Numbered from the stretch's first letter, positions 7,796 through 17,918 are shown. The stretch is 27,142 bases of DNA from Hormoscilla sp. (GCA_051439505.1 JBFRWI010000091.1:1-27142); one strand, 5' to 3'. Notes: generated by a model from the sequence alone, not told the origin. Made by a program: numbers and translations.

Positions 7796-8921
7796 CTAAG
7801 CACTAATACTCTCGACTAGCTGGTTTTCCTGGCGGAGATAAGCTTGGATGAAGGGGTCAAGATCGCCGTTCATCACATCTGTAATGGCTGTCGTTTCCGC
7901 AGTAGTACGGAGGTCTTTCACCATTTGGTAGGGGTGAAAGACGTAATTACGAATCTGGTTGCCCCAAGCTGCTTCTACCATATCGCCCCGGATATCAGCA
8001 ATTTTTTGGGTGTGCTGTTCCTGGGCGATCACCAGTAGCTTGGCCTTCAGGAGGGCGATCGCCTTCTCCTTGTTTTGCAGCTGACTGCGTTCCTGGGTAC
8101 AGCGCACGGCAATGCCAGTGGGAACGTGAACCACCCGCACGGCAGTTTCCACCTTGTTGACATTCTGGCCGCCCTTGCCACCAGAACGAGAGGTAGTAAT
8201 TTCCAAATCTTTTTCCGGAAGGTCCAACTGCACCTCCTCATCCAGGATGGGCATGACTTCCACCCCAGCGAAGCTAGTCTGGCGCTTGCCATTAGCATTG
8301 AAGGGAGAGATCCGCACCAGTCGATGGGTGCCTTTTTCTGCCTTCAGGTAACCGTAGGCATAGCGACCGGAGATTTCCAGGGTAGCAGACTTGATGCCCG
8401 CTTCATCCCCTTCCGAGATTTCGGCTAAATTTACCTGATAGCTGTGGTCTTTGCCCCAACGCTCGTACATCCGCAGTAACATTTCGGCCCAGTCTTGGGC
8501 ATCTGTGCCGCCAGCACCAGCATTAATCGTGAGGACCGCGCCTTTTTTGTCATAGGGGCCCGATAGCAATCTTTGCAATTCCCATCGATCTAATTGGCCG
8601 CTTAAATGGGAAATATTAGATTGGGCCTCAAGGAGCAGGGACTCATCTGCTTCTAACTCCAGCAGCTCCAAAACGGCCCTCAGATCTTCCATGCTAGCTT
8701 GCCATTGCTCAAACTGTACCCAGTGAGATTTCAACTCGTTGAGTTCTTGCAATGTTTGCTGGGCGCTAGTTTGGTCATCCCAGAATTCTGGTTGTGCTGC
8801 TAGCTGTTCTAAGTCTTGAATTTTTGCAGTCAGTGCGGGAATGTCAAAGATAGTCCTGGGTTTTACCCAGACGCAAGGACAATATTTCGACTTCCCGCTT
8901 GATGTCTTGAAGTTCCATCAT
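7796..8921 (-). CDS. prfB: Peptide chain release factor 2, with programmed +1 frameshift
   Basis: The short first frame [25 protein letters not shown] ends in CTT TGA C (8849-8843). The +1 frame continues [24 protein letters not shown] into the 7796-8752 ORF with SPF and GGQ motifs. The span of 1126 nt is 3n+1. Confidence 0.96.
8843..8860 (-). promoter_or_regulatory. prfB autoregulatory frameshift site (AGG-ACTAT-CTTTGAC)
   Basis: Minus strand reads CCCAGGACTATCTTTGAC: a weak internal SD followed by the canonical slippery CTT TGA C. Confidence 0.9.
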
Positions 8922-9026
8922 GGTTTCGATGCTTGAATATTTAGCTCTAGTTACTCTGTCGGAGATCTTAGCTTTTTTTCCACAGGTTTCAACCTATATA
9001 CTTACCTTGCTTGGAAGTTGACAGAT

Positions 9027-9057
9027 AAAAAATGACAGGCAACTTTTGCCTGCCATT
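9027..9057 (-). terminator. Intrinsic terminator after the BI-1/YccA gene
   Basis: Minus strand TGGCAGGCAA-AAG-TTGCCTGTCA followed by TTTTTT. Confidence 0.8.
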
Positions 9058-9078
9058 GCTCTATTCTTCGATCGCGAG

Positions 9079-9813
9079 TTAGTCGCGACCACCACCACTG
9101 ATGGCGATTAGCAACCGCAAAATGAAGATAAACAGGTTGATGTAGGTCAGGTACATCGACAAGGCAGCCGGTAGATACTGGTCATCGTTATAGGTCCGGG
9201 GCAGAATGTAGAAATCCACCACGGCGACACCAGCAAACAGAAAGACGCCGAAGCCAGAGATGGCAATTTCCAGCCAAGTAGGCGTGTAGACCCCGAAGAT
9301 GGCAAACAAGAATTGGGCAACGATGACTACCAAGAAGCCTATCATTGCCATAGAGATCGCTTGAGTCCAGGCCAGACCATCGGTATCTGAGAGATTTGAT
9401 CCTATCTGTCTGGCGACCACAAAGGTAATCCCGCAACCGAGGGCGGCGATCGCAATTCCTTGGAGACCCACTCCCTGTGTTCCCAGGGCTACATACACTA
9501 AGCCGCTGAGGGTGTAGCCTGACAACAGGCTGTAGAGTGCCAGTAGGGGCAGGGCCGTGCTGTTATTCCCATTTACCGCGACGCTACGGGCCACAAAGAA
9601 CAAGGCTAGCTCTGCAATTATGGCCACAATGAAGGTGGACATGAACAGCCCTGGGTTGCTATTGATCATGCCAATGCCCCCGTAGGTGCCAACTGCGGTT
9701 AACAACAGACCGCCACCCACGTAGGGCAGGGCGTTGGGGATGACATTGGGGCCAATTATTGCCTGGCCTTGGGCTTCGCTGATCGCTTGCCGGAAGTTGC
9801 TGCTATTACTCAT
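9079..9813 (-). CDS. Bax inhibitor-1/YccA family membrane protein
   Basis: About 7 hydrophobic segments and the C-terminal AALSMYLTYINLFIFILRLL signature; ATG at 9813 (MSNSSNFRQAI). Confidence 0.9.
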   Translation of the reverse strand: MSNSSNFRQAISEAQGQAIIGPNVIPNALPYVGGGLLLTAVGTYGGIGMINSNPGLFMSTFIVAIIAELALFFVARSVAVNGNNSTALPLLALYSLLSGYTLSGLVYVALGTQGVGLQGIAIAALGCGITFVVARQIGSNLSDTDGLAWTQAISMAMIGFLVVIVAQFLFAIFGVYTPTWLEIAISGFGVFLFAGVAVVDFYILPRTYNDDQYLPAALSMYLTYINLFIFILRLLIAISGGGRD

Positions 9814-9961
9814 GATACTTCTTTTTGACAAACCTCTTTACTACCGTGACTCTTATGATAACACAGATCTCCAAGAGCTGAGCTGCTGTACCCCGGAGCA
9901 GGCCATGACTCATTGTCACCTCTTGGGGATCGGCTCCCTTGATTAGGGATCTCCACTATTA

Positions 9962-9982
9962 GTAGGGTGGGCATTGCCCACC
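9962..9982. repeat. Small dispersed palindromic repeat GTAGGGTGGGCA/GxTGCCCACC family
   Basis: GTAGGGTGGGCATTGCCCACC. Related copies lie at about 3611, 13906, 19174 and 20819. Confidence 0.85.
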
Positions 9983-10027
9983 ATTAGCACCATTAGGCAA
10001 GCGATCGGTCCTACGGTGCCCAAAAAA

Positions 10028-11224
10028 TTACCAAAGGCGCACCGGGATCTCAATGACAAATTCCGCTCCTTCACCGGGTGCGGAAATGCAGGATAAATTG
10101 CCACCATGACGCCCGACCACGATCTGGTAGCTAGTAGATAACCCCAACCCCGTCCCCGACCCCACGGGTTTAGTCGTAAAGAAGGGATCGAATATTTTCT
10201 TTTGTACCGACTCACTAATGCCAGGTCCATTATCGGCAATTGAGATTTGCACTCGCCGATCTTCAATTAACAAGGTACGAATGATAATTTGCGGAAAGGA
10301 GATGTTCGCCAGGGCATCGATCGCATTGGCGAGCAAATTTATAAACACCTGATTCAGTTCCCCGGCGTAGCACTCCACTAGAGATAATTTGCCGTATTCT
10401 TTTATTACCTCAATAGGGCCCAATTCGGGCCTAGCTTGCATGCGGTTTTCTCGAAGCATTAAGGTACTATCGATGTCCTCATGCAAATCTACTGCTTTAT
10501 ATTCCGCTTCATCCAACCGGGAAAATTTCCGCAGGGACTGAACAATATCCCGAATGCGTTTAGTTCCTATCTGCATCGATTCAAATAGCTTAGGTAGGTC
10601 TTGTTTGATAAACTCCAGGTCGAATTCTTCTATCCGATCTTGAATCTCTGGCGCCAATAAACGGGATTTATTTTTAGATACTAATTCTAAGAACTCCAGC
10701 AATTCTTCAGTATATTGCCTCGCGTGGAAAAGGTTGCCGTGAATAAAATTTGCCGGATTATTTATTTCGTGGGCTACCCCTGCCACTAATTGCCCCAAGG
10801 AGGACATTTTCTCACTCTGCACTAACTGCATTTGAGCTTTGCGCAGTTGGACGTGGGTACTTACCCTGGCTAAAACCTCTTGGTTTTGAAATGGCTTGGT
10901 GATGTAATCTACTGCCCCTATTTGTAACCCTTTTACTTTATTTTCGACATCAGCAATTGCTGTCATAAAAATTACCGGAATATCTTTCGTTTTTCTGTCC
11001 GCTTTCAGGCGGCGGCAGGTTTCAAACCCGTCTATTCCCGGCGGCATCATCACATCTAGTAAAATCACGTCTGGGAATGTATTTTCCATCCTTCTGATTG
11101 CACTTTCACCACTATTCGCTACTGACACTTTGAACCCGGCCTGATGCAAAACCTCAAACAATACCTTGAGATTCGTTGGGTTATCATCCACAATTAAGAT
11201 CGAGCTTTTTTGCGCATTTTCCAT
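10028..11224 (-). CDS. Hybrid response regulator-histidine kinase (REC-HisKA-HATPase)
   Basis: ILIVDD, LLDVMMP and DYITKPF receiver motifs; AHEINNP H-box; NQVFINLLANAIDA, DNGPG, FDPFFTTK and GTGLGL. Confidence 0.93.
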   Translation of the reverse strand: MENAQKSSILIVDDNPTNLKVLFEVLHQAGFKVSVANSGESAIRRMENTFPDVILLDVMMPPGIDGFETCRRLKADRKTKDIPVIFMTAIADVENKVKGLQIGAVDYITKPFQNQEVLARVSTHVQLRKAQMQLVQSEKMSSLGQLVAGVAHEINNPANFIHGNLFHARQYTEELLEFLELVSKNKSRLLAPEIQDRIEEFDLEFIKQDLPKLFESMQIGTKRIRDIVQSLRKFSRLDEAEYKAVDLHEDIDSTLMLRENRMQARPELGPIEVIKEYGKLSLVECYAGELNQVFINLLANAIDALANISFPQIIIRTLLIEDRRVQISIADNGPGISESVQKKIFDPFFTTKPVGSGTGLGLSTSYQIVVGRHGGNLSCISAPGEGAEFVIEIPVRLW

Positions 11225-11299
11225 ATCTTTTTCTCTCCCGATCGGTTAGGTACAGCTTGAGGCGTTGCACATTTATCTATCCCAACTTATATGTATCCT

Positions 11300-11369
11300 G
11301 AGAATAGAGAATTGAAAATTGAGAATTGAGAATTGAAAATTGAGAATGGAGAATTGAAAATTGATAATT
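11300..11369. repeat. STRR heptamer tandem repeat, 10 x GA(G/A)AATT
   Basis: gagaata gagaatt gaaaatt gagaatt gagaatt gaaaatt gagaatg gagaatt gaaaatt gataatt. Confidence 0.9.
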
Positions 11370-11398
11370 ACGCTATTTTACACATTCGACCTTGGCCA

Positions 11399-11519
11399 AC
11401 GTGAGTTCGTCCTTCGGAGTTCGTCCTTCGGAGTTGGGGATTACGGGAACGCTGGTCTAGGGGGTTGCATTTTTAACCCGACGATAAATAAGGGTTTGAG
11501 CATAATCACGAACTCACGT
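11399..11519. mobile_element. 121-bp MITE-like element with perfect 12-bp terminal inverted repeats
   Basis: ACGTGAGTTCGT (11399-11410) and ACGAACTCACGT (11508-11519); internal 14-bp duplication GAGTTCGTCCTTCG x2; no transposase; no clear target-site duplication. Confidence 0.7.
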
Positions 11520-11553
11520 GGTATAGGGTTAATCTATGTTAATCTGTTCTACT

Positions 11554-11677
11554 CTTATGATGACTAAAGTCCTCTCTACGAACGATTATGAGGACTAAAG
11601 TCCTCTCTACGAACGACTATGAGGACTAAAGTCCTCTCTACGAACGATTATGAGGACTAAAGTCCTCTCTACGAACC
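11554..11677. repeat. 4 x 31-bp tandem repeat with palindromic core GAGGACT-AA-AGTCCTC
   Basis: Units of about ATTATGAGGACTAAAGTCCTCTCTACGAACG at 11554, 11585, 11616 and 11647. The last unit contains the chlD stop. Confidence 0.93.
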
Positions 11678-13642
11678 GGACTTCAGGTCGGCGATCGCCC
11701 CCTTCGCCAGCCCCGCGATCGCCTTATCCGTCGCCTTGGGCAAGTGATAATATTTCCCCCCGGCGGTTTTCGCCAACTCTTTCGCGAACCCAGTAGAAAC
11801 AAACTTATTTTCCGTATCGATCGCCAAAAGTTGTATCCCCAAAGCTCTAATTTTGGCCGCAATTTCCAACAGTTCCCCTTTAATATCGGGCTTTTCTCCT
11901 GGTTCCATCCCTTCCCCCAAAGAACGGGCCAAGGGAATATTCCCCCGTCCGTCGGTAATGGCCACCAGCATTACTTGCCCGATATCTCCCGACTGTTGAG
12001 CATTCACCCCCACCCTGACAGCAGTAGTCAAACCATGAGCTAAGGGCGAACCGCCACCGCAAGGCATCACTTCCAAACGTCGCCGCGCCGCCGCGATCGA
12101 TCGGGTCGGGGGTAGCAACACCTCCGCCTGTTCTCCCCGGAAGGGAATCAAGGCCACTTGGTCCCGATTTTGATAAGCTTCCGTCAGCAGTTGCATTACC
12201 GCCCCCTTGGCCGACTGCATCCGGTTGAGGGCCATTGAACCGGATGCGTCCACTAGGAAAATCACCAAAGCACCCGCTTTTCTCATTAGTCGCTTGGAAC
12301 GCACGTCCCCCGATTCGACAATTACCTTCCGACCCGGTTGGCGCGATCGCCGGGCCTGCTGATAAGGTGCCGCTGCTCTCAAGGTCGCATCCACGGCAAT
12401 GCGGCGCACCTTTCCTTTCGGCAACATGGGTTTCACGTACCGTCCCCGATCTTCAGAAAAAATTAGACTGCGACTGCCGGAGTTACCCTGCCTTTGGGCC
12501 ATCTGGGCAAAGTACAGCACGCTGTCATCCAGAATTACTCCCTCGGGATCGAAGACAAACTCTTCGGGAATGGTAGTTTGCTCTTCTTCTGGTTCTTCGG
12601 GACTGTCCTCATCCTCTTCGTCCTCGGAATCTTCTGGATCTTGCTGTTCATCGGATGGTGGCGGTGGAGGGGGGGGCGGTGGGGGTGCTTCATCTGGTGG
12701 CGTTTGCACGATTGTGGCCCGGGGAACGATTACCAATTCCACCGCACTGCGCAAATCTTCCGCGTTGATATAGGTACGTCCCTCCAGTGCCGCGCTAGCT
12801 TTGGCCACTTTCACGGCAAATAATTCCGCCCGATGTCCCTGGACCCCCGCCCGAATGGCCTCTTCTACTAGATAGGTGATTTGTTCGCTCTTGATGCTCA
12901 CATCTTGGAGCCATTCCCGTCCCAGGAGAATTTGAGTTTTCAGGCTCTCCAGATCTTCACCGTACTGCTGGAGAAATTCTCGGGGAGATTTGCCGTAGGC
13001 CAGGGCCCGATCGACCGCTTGCACCCGATCGTCCAATCCCAAAACCCCATCAGCGGAGAGGTTAATGGCAATGCGATCGAGTAAATGGCGGCGCAGGGGA
13101 CCTTCTTCGGGGTTGTAGGTAGCAATTAACAGAGACTTGCAGGGATGTTCAAAGCTAATCCCCTCCCGTTCGATTCGGTTTCGTCCTTCACTCAAAACCG
13201 TTAACAGTTGGTTACTGATTTGGTCATCGAGTAAATTAATTTCATCCACATACAGGACGCCCCGGTTAGCAGTGGCCAGCAACCCCGGTTGAAATACCGT
13301 CCGTCCTTGCTGCACCGACTTTTCCACATCTACCGAACCCAAGAGTCTGTCTTCCGTTACCCCCAGGGGAATTTGCACGAAGGGCGCCGGAATAATCTCG
13401 GTTTCCTGACTTTCCTGAGTGGCTTGCGAATTACTCAGGTCTCCTTTGACCACTTCAATGGGTGGCAGTAAGGCGTGTAAAGCCCGTGCCATTACTGATT
13501 TTGCCGTTCCCCGACGACCCGCGATCGCCACTCCTCCCAATTCCGGGTCGATCGCCGCCAGCAGCAGCGCCAATTTGATCGCTTCTTGACCGACAACAGC
13601 CGTCAGGGGAAAGGTGGTGATGGTAGGCGAGATTACAGACAT
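11669..13642 (-). CDS. chlD: Magnesium chelatase subunit D
   Basis: AAA+ domain ([27 protein letters not shown]), poly-Pro/acidic linker, vWA domain with DASGSM MIDAS and TDGRGN. Confidence 0.97.
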   Translation of the reverse strand: MSVISPTITTFPLTAVVGQEAIKLALLLAAIDPELGGVAIAGRRGTAKSVMARALHALLPPIEVVKGDLSNSQATQESQETEIIPAPFVQIPLGVTEDRLLGSVDVEKSVQQGRTVFQPGLLATANRGVLYVDEINLLDDQISNQLLTVLSEGRNRIEREGISFEHPCKSLLIATYNPEEGPLRRHLLDRIAINLSADGVLGLDDRVQAVDRALAYGKSPREFLQQYGEDLESLKTQILLGREWLQDVSIKSEQITYLVEEAIRAGVQGHRAELFAVKVAKASAALEGRTYINAEDLRSAVELVIVPRATIVQTPPDEAPPPPPPPPPPSDEQQDPEDSEDEEDEDSPEEPEEEQTTIPEEFVFDPEGVILDDSVLYFAQMAQRQGNSGSRSLIFSEDRGRYVKPMLPKGKVRRIAVDATLRAAAPYQQARRSRQPGRKVIVESGDVRSKRLMRKAGALVIFLVDASGSMALNRMQSAKGAVMQLLTEAYQNRDQVALIPFRGEQAEVLLPPTRSIAAARRRLEVMPCGGGSPLAHGLTTAVRVGVNAQQSGDIGQVMLVAITDGRGNIPLARSLGEGMEPGEKPDIKGELLEIAAKIRALGIQLLAIDTENKFVSTGFAKELAKTAGGKYYHLPKATDKAIAGLAKGAIADLKSGS

Positions 13643-13859
13643 GATTTTAATCTTGCTTTGTACGACTGCTTATTATACTTTAAATTCCCTGGCTCCCGCC
13701 TGGGAACGGCAATTTGCAACCATTGACTGCTATCATCGGTAAGAATGTGCAACGCCAATATTAAATCTTTGTCAAATCATCTCCAGCTTTAAAAAATCTG
13801 GATCACTCAGGCCCTAGTCAGACCTGAGTTGGGTCCCGAACAGTCATGAATTGCGGTTA

Positions 13860-15761
13860 TCAGGCCCTCGTAGCGGCCATATCCCGATCGGGTGTCGTTT
13901 CTGGCGTAGGGTGGGCGGTGCCCACCTGAGCTGCACGCAGGGGAATCTCGATCAGAAACTCAGTTCCCTCACCAGGATGGGAGATACATTGGAGGGTACC
14001 TGAATGTTTTTCTACAACAATATTATGGGAGATCGACAATCCCAAACCCGTGCCCTTGCCGACGGGTTTAGTGGTAAAGAAGGGGTCAAATAGGCGTTTC
14101 TGGACTTCTGGCGGGATGCCCGGACCGTTATCAGCAATGGAAATCACGATCCTGTCACCCATGATATTTTTTGCAGTTTTGATAAAGATCGATCGGGGTG
14201 GCGGTTGCTTGTCCAAGGCATCGATCGCATTAGCGATCATATTCATAAACACCTGGTTGAGTCCACAGGCATGGCATTCCACCAGGGGCAGGTCGCCGTA
14301 ATTTTTGACCACGGTAATCTCAGGCTTTCCCGGTTTTGTTTTCAGTCGGTTTTGCAGAATCAGTAATGTGCTGTCAATTCCTTCATGAATATTAACTGCC
14401 TTCATCTGGGCCTCATCTAGGCGAGAGAAATTCCGCAAGGACAGGATAATCTCGCGGATCCGGTTGGCGCCCATATTCATTGACGAGATCAATTGCGGCA
14501 AATCTTCTTTCACGAAATCGAGATCCATATCTGCAATTGCTGCGGATATTTCCGGCACCGTCCCTCGATCGTGCTGCTGATATAGGTCTAACAGCTGCAG
14601 CAAATTTTCGATATATTCATCCATGTGGCTCAGATTGCCGTAGATGAAGCTAACGGGGTTGTTAATTTCATGGGCGATACCAGCCACCATCTGACCGAGA
14701 CTGGACATTTTTTCCGCCTGAATCAATTGTGCTTGGGTTTGTTGCAGCTTCAGCAAAGCCTGCTCCAGTTGCAATGCTCTATCCCGTTCTCGCGCTTCCG
14801 ACAGTCGCAGGGCGGCGAGCACCTGCTTGCGATCTGTGATATCCCGCACGATCGCCAGGACTTCATCTTCACCACAGGGTACGTACCTCGCCTCGCAATG
14901 ACGCCAGCTACCATCGATCGGCAGTACGTACTCGCTGCATTGAGGCTGTCGAGTTTGTAAAGTTTGCTCCAGGAAATGGCGTGTCAAATAGGCCAAATCC
15001 GTAGGAAACACTTCGGAGATGCTTTTCCCGATTACTGCTGATGCGGTGGGAGCATTTTTGTCATTTTTTGCCGGGTAGTAGTCCCGAAAGATGCCCTCTT
15101 TGTTCAGGCGAAACATTAAATCCGGAATCGCGTTTACCAGGCTGCGATTTTTCGCCTCGCTACAACGCAATGCCTCTTCTGCCTGCTTGCGAGCTGTGAT
15201 ATCAAATCGGATGGCTAAATATTTGTATGGTTTCTCCTTTTCATTCACAAAGGGCACCACAGTTGTCTCCACCCAATAATAGGTGCCATCTTTGGCCTGA
15301 TTCTTGATTTCCCCTTGCCAAACTTCACCAGTTGTAATCCGGGACCAAAATTCCTCAAAGAACTCTGGGGGATGATAACCTGAATTGACGATCCGGTGGT
15401 TTTTTCCCAGCAGTTCCTCTCGACTATACTTGGAAACTTCGCAAAATTTATCGTTTACATAACGGATAATTCCCTTCTCGTCCGTTATGGCGACGATCGC
15501 CGCTTGCTCCAAGGCATATTTGATATCTGACAATTCTTGGATAGTTTGCCTGATTGTTTCATCCCGATAATTTTGAGAGGCGATCGCCCGCCCATAAGCC
15601 TCTAGGGCCATTTTTGACTCTGGCCCTATTAAATTTGCTGCCTTGGTATCTTGACAGGGATGATTTAATATGTTATATTTACCGTTAAGAGACACGGCAA
15701 TCTTATTATTCACCTCACCATAATCCCGTTCGTATTGATCCTGACCGACTAATTCCTTCAT
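13860..15761 (-). CDS. Cytoplasmic PAS-PAS sensor histidine kinase
   Basis: PAS/PAC motifs (AITDEKG.IRYVND.FC..S.YSREELLG, WQGEIKN.AKDG, DITARK; AIPD...DITDRK), AHEINNP and HATPase boxes. The start is uncertain (ATG 15761 versus TTG 15815). Confidence 0.92.
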   Translation of the reverse strand: MKELVGQDQYERDYGEVNNKIAVSLNGKYNILNHPCQDTKAANLIGPESKMALEAYGRAIASQNYRDETIRQTIQELSDIKYALEQAAIVAITDEKGIIRYVNDKFCEVSKYSREELLGKNHRIVNSGYHPPEFFEEFWSRITTGEVWQGEIKNQAKDGTYYWVETTVVPFVNEKEKPYKYLAIRFDITARKQAEEALRCSEAKNRSLVNAIPDLMFRLNKEGIFRDYYPAKNDKNAPTASAVIGKSISEVFPTDLAYLTRHFLEQTLQTRQPQCSEYVLPIDGSWRHCEARYVPCGEDEVLAIVRDITDRKQVLAALRLSEARERDRALQLEQALLKLQQTQAQLIQAEKMSSLGQMVAGIAHEINNPVSFIYGNLSHMDEYIENLLQLLDLYQQHDRGTVPEISAAIADMDLDFVKEDLPQLISSMNMGANRIREIILSLRNFSRLDEAQMKAVNIHEGIDSTLLILQNRLKTKPGKPEITVVKNYGDLPLVECHACGLNQVFMNMIANAIDALDKQPPPRSIFIKTAKNIMGDRIVISIADNGPGIPPEVQKRLFDPFFTTKPVGKGTGLGLSISHNIVVEKHSGTLQCISHPGEGTEFLIEIPLRAAQVGTAHPTPETTPDRDMAATRA

Positions 15762-16004
15762 TTTCAAAACCTCTTCAATCTCAACAAATAATTTCCGAGA
15801 GCAGCTTAGGCCCAATAGTCTTTTTGGAAAAATTTTTCCCTATCCTAATCCATCTTTACCCTTTTTGGAGCCAGAATATTAAATTTATGGCCCCTCATTC
15901 CTTAAGAAAATCTTAACTTTTGCCATCAAATAGGCCACCGGGAAAATTTTGGCTACAGATGCCGAGCCAGTTCCCCAATCGCAAATATCAAATCTAAATT
16001 GTAA

Positions 16005-16817
16005 TTACAGAGACACTTCCGGGATTTCAGCCAGAGAAAGCAGATGGTGGTGGCCATCAAGGGCTGATTCAGGGCCCTTAGTGCGCTGACAGCGAACCGC
16101 AAACTGACAGAATTTACAAAGGGGGGCTGTTTCTGGGACTTGAGGAAAAGGAATTCCGGCTTGGTAATCTTGCAACCAATCAGTTAGCTGACGCAACAGG
16201 TTGCTCAAAACAGCTTTTGTGTACTGGTGCTGAGCTTCACTGTAGGCAAACTTGAGACTTTGGGGTTCGGGTTTAGAGGTCTGGGAAGCTTGAGACTGAA
16301 CAAACCAGTACGTCATGGAAATCTGTCGGGGTAAATATGGGCTAGTTTCAGCCAGAACAAAGGGATAAAGGCGAGTTTGCCAGTTTTTTCCTAGCCGCGT
16401 GGGGTTTTGAGGAATCTGATAGGTTTTCCAATCCAAAATCCGGGCGTCCAGGTCATCTAAAATTAATAGGTCATAAACAACAGTCAGCAAATAGCCGCCG
16501 ATCTTGAGAGTGCGGCAATGTTCGCTCTCCCGGAAAGTCTGGCTAGTAGAAAGGGTAGTGGTGAAAATTTCTGGTACCGCACTCCTTAACGCTTCCAAGC
16601 AACGTCCTAACTCAGCATCTGCGGAGATCAGGGATTCTACTGGCAAACCCAGTTCTCGCTGCTGCATTAACAGGTGAAAGCGCTTTCCCCAAGCCATTCT
16701 TTGAAGTTGTTCTGGGGTTGTCGGAGCAGCTAGCTGCTCTAAAAAGGTATGTTGAAATTTGCGGGGACAGGTTTCTAAAAGATTAAGGTGCCCTTGAGAC
16801 AAGCGGAACATTGTCAT
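16005..16817 (-). CDS. PD-(D/E)XK nuclease superfamily protein (PDDEXK_1, AddB/Cas4-like)
   Basis: LSQGHL..LETCPRKF, G.RFH, YDL...ILDWKT, QTRLY and C-terminal CKFCQF..RC (four Cys, possible Fe-S cluster). Confidence 0.85.
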   Translation of the reverse strand: MTMFRLSQGHLNLLETCPRKFQHTFLEQLAAPTTPEQLQRMAWGKRFHLLMQQRELGLPVESLISADAELGRCLEALRSAVPEIFTTTLSTSQTFRESEHCRTLKIGGYLLTVVYDLLILDDLDARILDWKTYQIPQNPTRLGKNWQTRLYPFVLAETSPYLPRQISMTYWFVQSQASQTSKPEPQSLKFAYSEAQHQYTKAVLSNLLRQLTDWLQDYQAGIPFPQVPETAPLCKFCQFAVRCQRTKGPESALDGHHHLLSLAEIPEVSL

Positions 16818-16840
16818 TTGCTAATGGCTAATTGCTAATG
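16813..16840. repeat. Short STRR heptamer run (GCTAATG/T) at the fibrillin/nuclease junction
   Basis: gtcattt gctaatg gctaatt gctaatg; includes the fibrillin stop at 16828-16830. Confidence 0.6.
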
Positions 16841-17430
16841 GGTTGGGGAACTTTAGTTAAAACGAACACATTGCCCTGATTTCCCCGCCCAATGCGTAAA
16901 TTATCGTCTAAGTATGTGATATCTAGCCAGCCTTGTTGTTCGCGACTCTCAATGCTAAAATCCAAGGGCGGAAACTTTTGGCCATTCTCGATTTTGGCGA
17001 TCAAACTTTCGGGAGAATCATAGCCCAGCAAGCGCTGCAATCCCAAGATTGACCGTTCAAATTTGACCTCCACTCGGCGATCGTTCACCGGTGAGAAGCG
17101 AGCGCCAACGCTGACGATGCCTTCGAGATAGGGCAAGCCCTGAACCTCGGCAATGTTGTATAGTTTAGCATCTGCGACTCGGATGCATTGATATATTTGA
17201 CCGAGTTTGAACAATGGCAACTGGCCAATTCTCAAAATCTCGGCACTGCTAGTGTACAGCAGACGCCAATTGCCCTCCAGCAGATCGCCCCTCTCAGTCG
17301 GTTGAGGGGTGGGGTTGCGGTCTTCTAGCTGGGCAATAGCGGCGAGAATGGCCAGCTTATCCGTTTCTGTTGCCAGTAAGCCGCGATTCTTACCGGCGAT
17401 CGCCTCTAATAATGTTGCTTTCCCGATCAT
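16828..17430 (-). CDS. PAP/fibrillin family protein
   Basis: LLEAIAGKNRGLLA, QLEDRNPTP.P, LEGNWRLLYTS, GWLDITYLD..LRIGRGN.G.VFVL; ATG at 17430 (MIGKA) preferred. Confidence 0.93.
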   Translation of the reverse strand: MIGKATLLEAIAGKNRGLLATETDKLAILAAIAQLEDRNPTPQPTERGDLLEGNWRLLYTSSAEILRIGQLPLFKLGQIYQCIRVADAKLYNIAEVQGLPYLEGIVSVGARFSPVNDRRVEVKFERSILGLQRLLGYDSPESLIAKIENGQKFPPLDFSIESREQQGWLDITYLDDNLRIGRGNQGNVFVLTKVPQPISN

Positions 17431-17678
17431 GATGTTGACCTCCGAAATAGTAAGATGAATAGCTGTCCTCTGGTTGTTGACTTGTGGGGTTAGACCCCTC
17501 ATAATATCGCACAAGATCGTACCTAGTATGGCATCTGACAGGAGAGACGGTGAGGACTTACCCCCTAGAGAAATAAAGAGAAACCCACCAGATTGGGCAT
17601 ACGTCCTCCAAGTAGAAGAGATTTTCTAGTGATAGACTGAATATTGATTTTTAGGTATTGTGTCCATACAGACAGCAT

Positions 17679-17918
17679 ATGAGCAATATGAACAACCCAT
17701 CTCTGCGCGAAGCACCCCGTGGGCAACCAGCTGAGGTAATGGCCGTGAACCGAGAACCTTCCCTGATCGAGTGGTTGGAAGCCACGGGGCGGATGTTGCC
17801 ATTAGAAACCAATGATGATACAGATATTATCCCGGAAGACGAAGTAGATATGGGAGGAGTAATCGATAATGACTCCGACAGGTACGAAGAGTCCGAAGAA
17901 ACTGAAGATGAAGATTGA
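17679..17918 (+). CDS. DUF3134 family small acidic protein
   Basis: NPSLRE.PR.QPA.V.....E.SL.EWLEATGR with an acidic tail, typically upstream of mraY in cyanobacteria; start 17679 or 17688. Confidence 0.8.
   Translation: MSNMNNPSLREAPRGQPAEVMAVNREPSLIEWLEATGRMLPLETNDDTDIIPEDEVDMGGVIDNDSDRYEESEETEDED

Noticed and set aside
7796..8921. prfB as a frameshifted pseudogene
   Set aside because: The break is the canonical CTT TGA C programmed frameshift.
11554..11677. 31-bp palindromic repeats as a CRISPR array
   Set aside because: The units abut directly with no unique spacers, and there is no cas operon.
12560..12700. Low-complexity G-rich/acidic stretch in chlD as an insertion
   Set aside because: It is the normal poly-Pro/acidic linker of ChlD/BchD.
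10028..14720. Similarity between the two histidine kinases as a recent duplication or DGR-like template/variable pair
   Set aside because: The shared motifs (EKMSSLGQ.VAG.AHEINNP, FDPFFTTKPVG) are generic to this large cyanobacterial kinase family, the DNA is diverged, and no reverse transcriptase is present.
16005..16817. Cas4-like nuclease as evidence of a CRISPR-Cas or defence locus
   Set aside because: It sits among housekeeping genes (fibrillin, DUF3134, mraY) with no cas1/cas2 or array, so it is best treated as a solo PDDEXK_1 protein.
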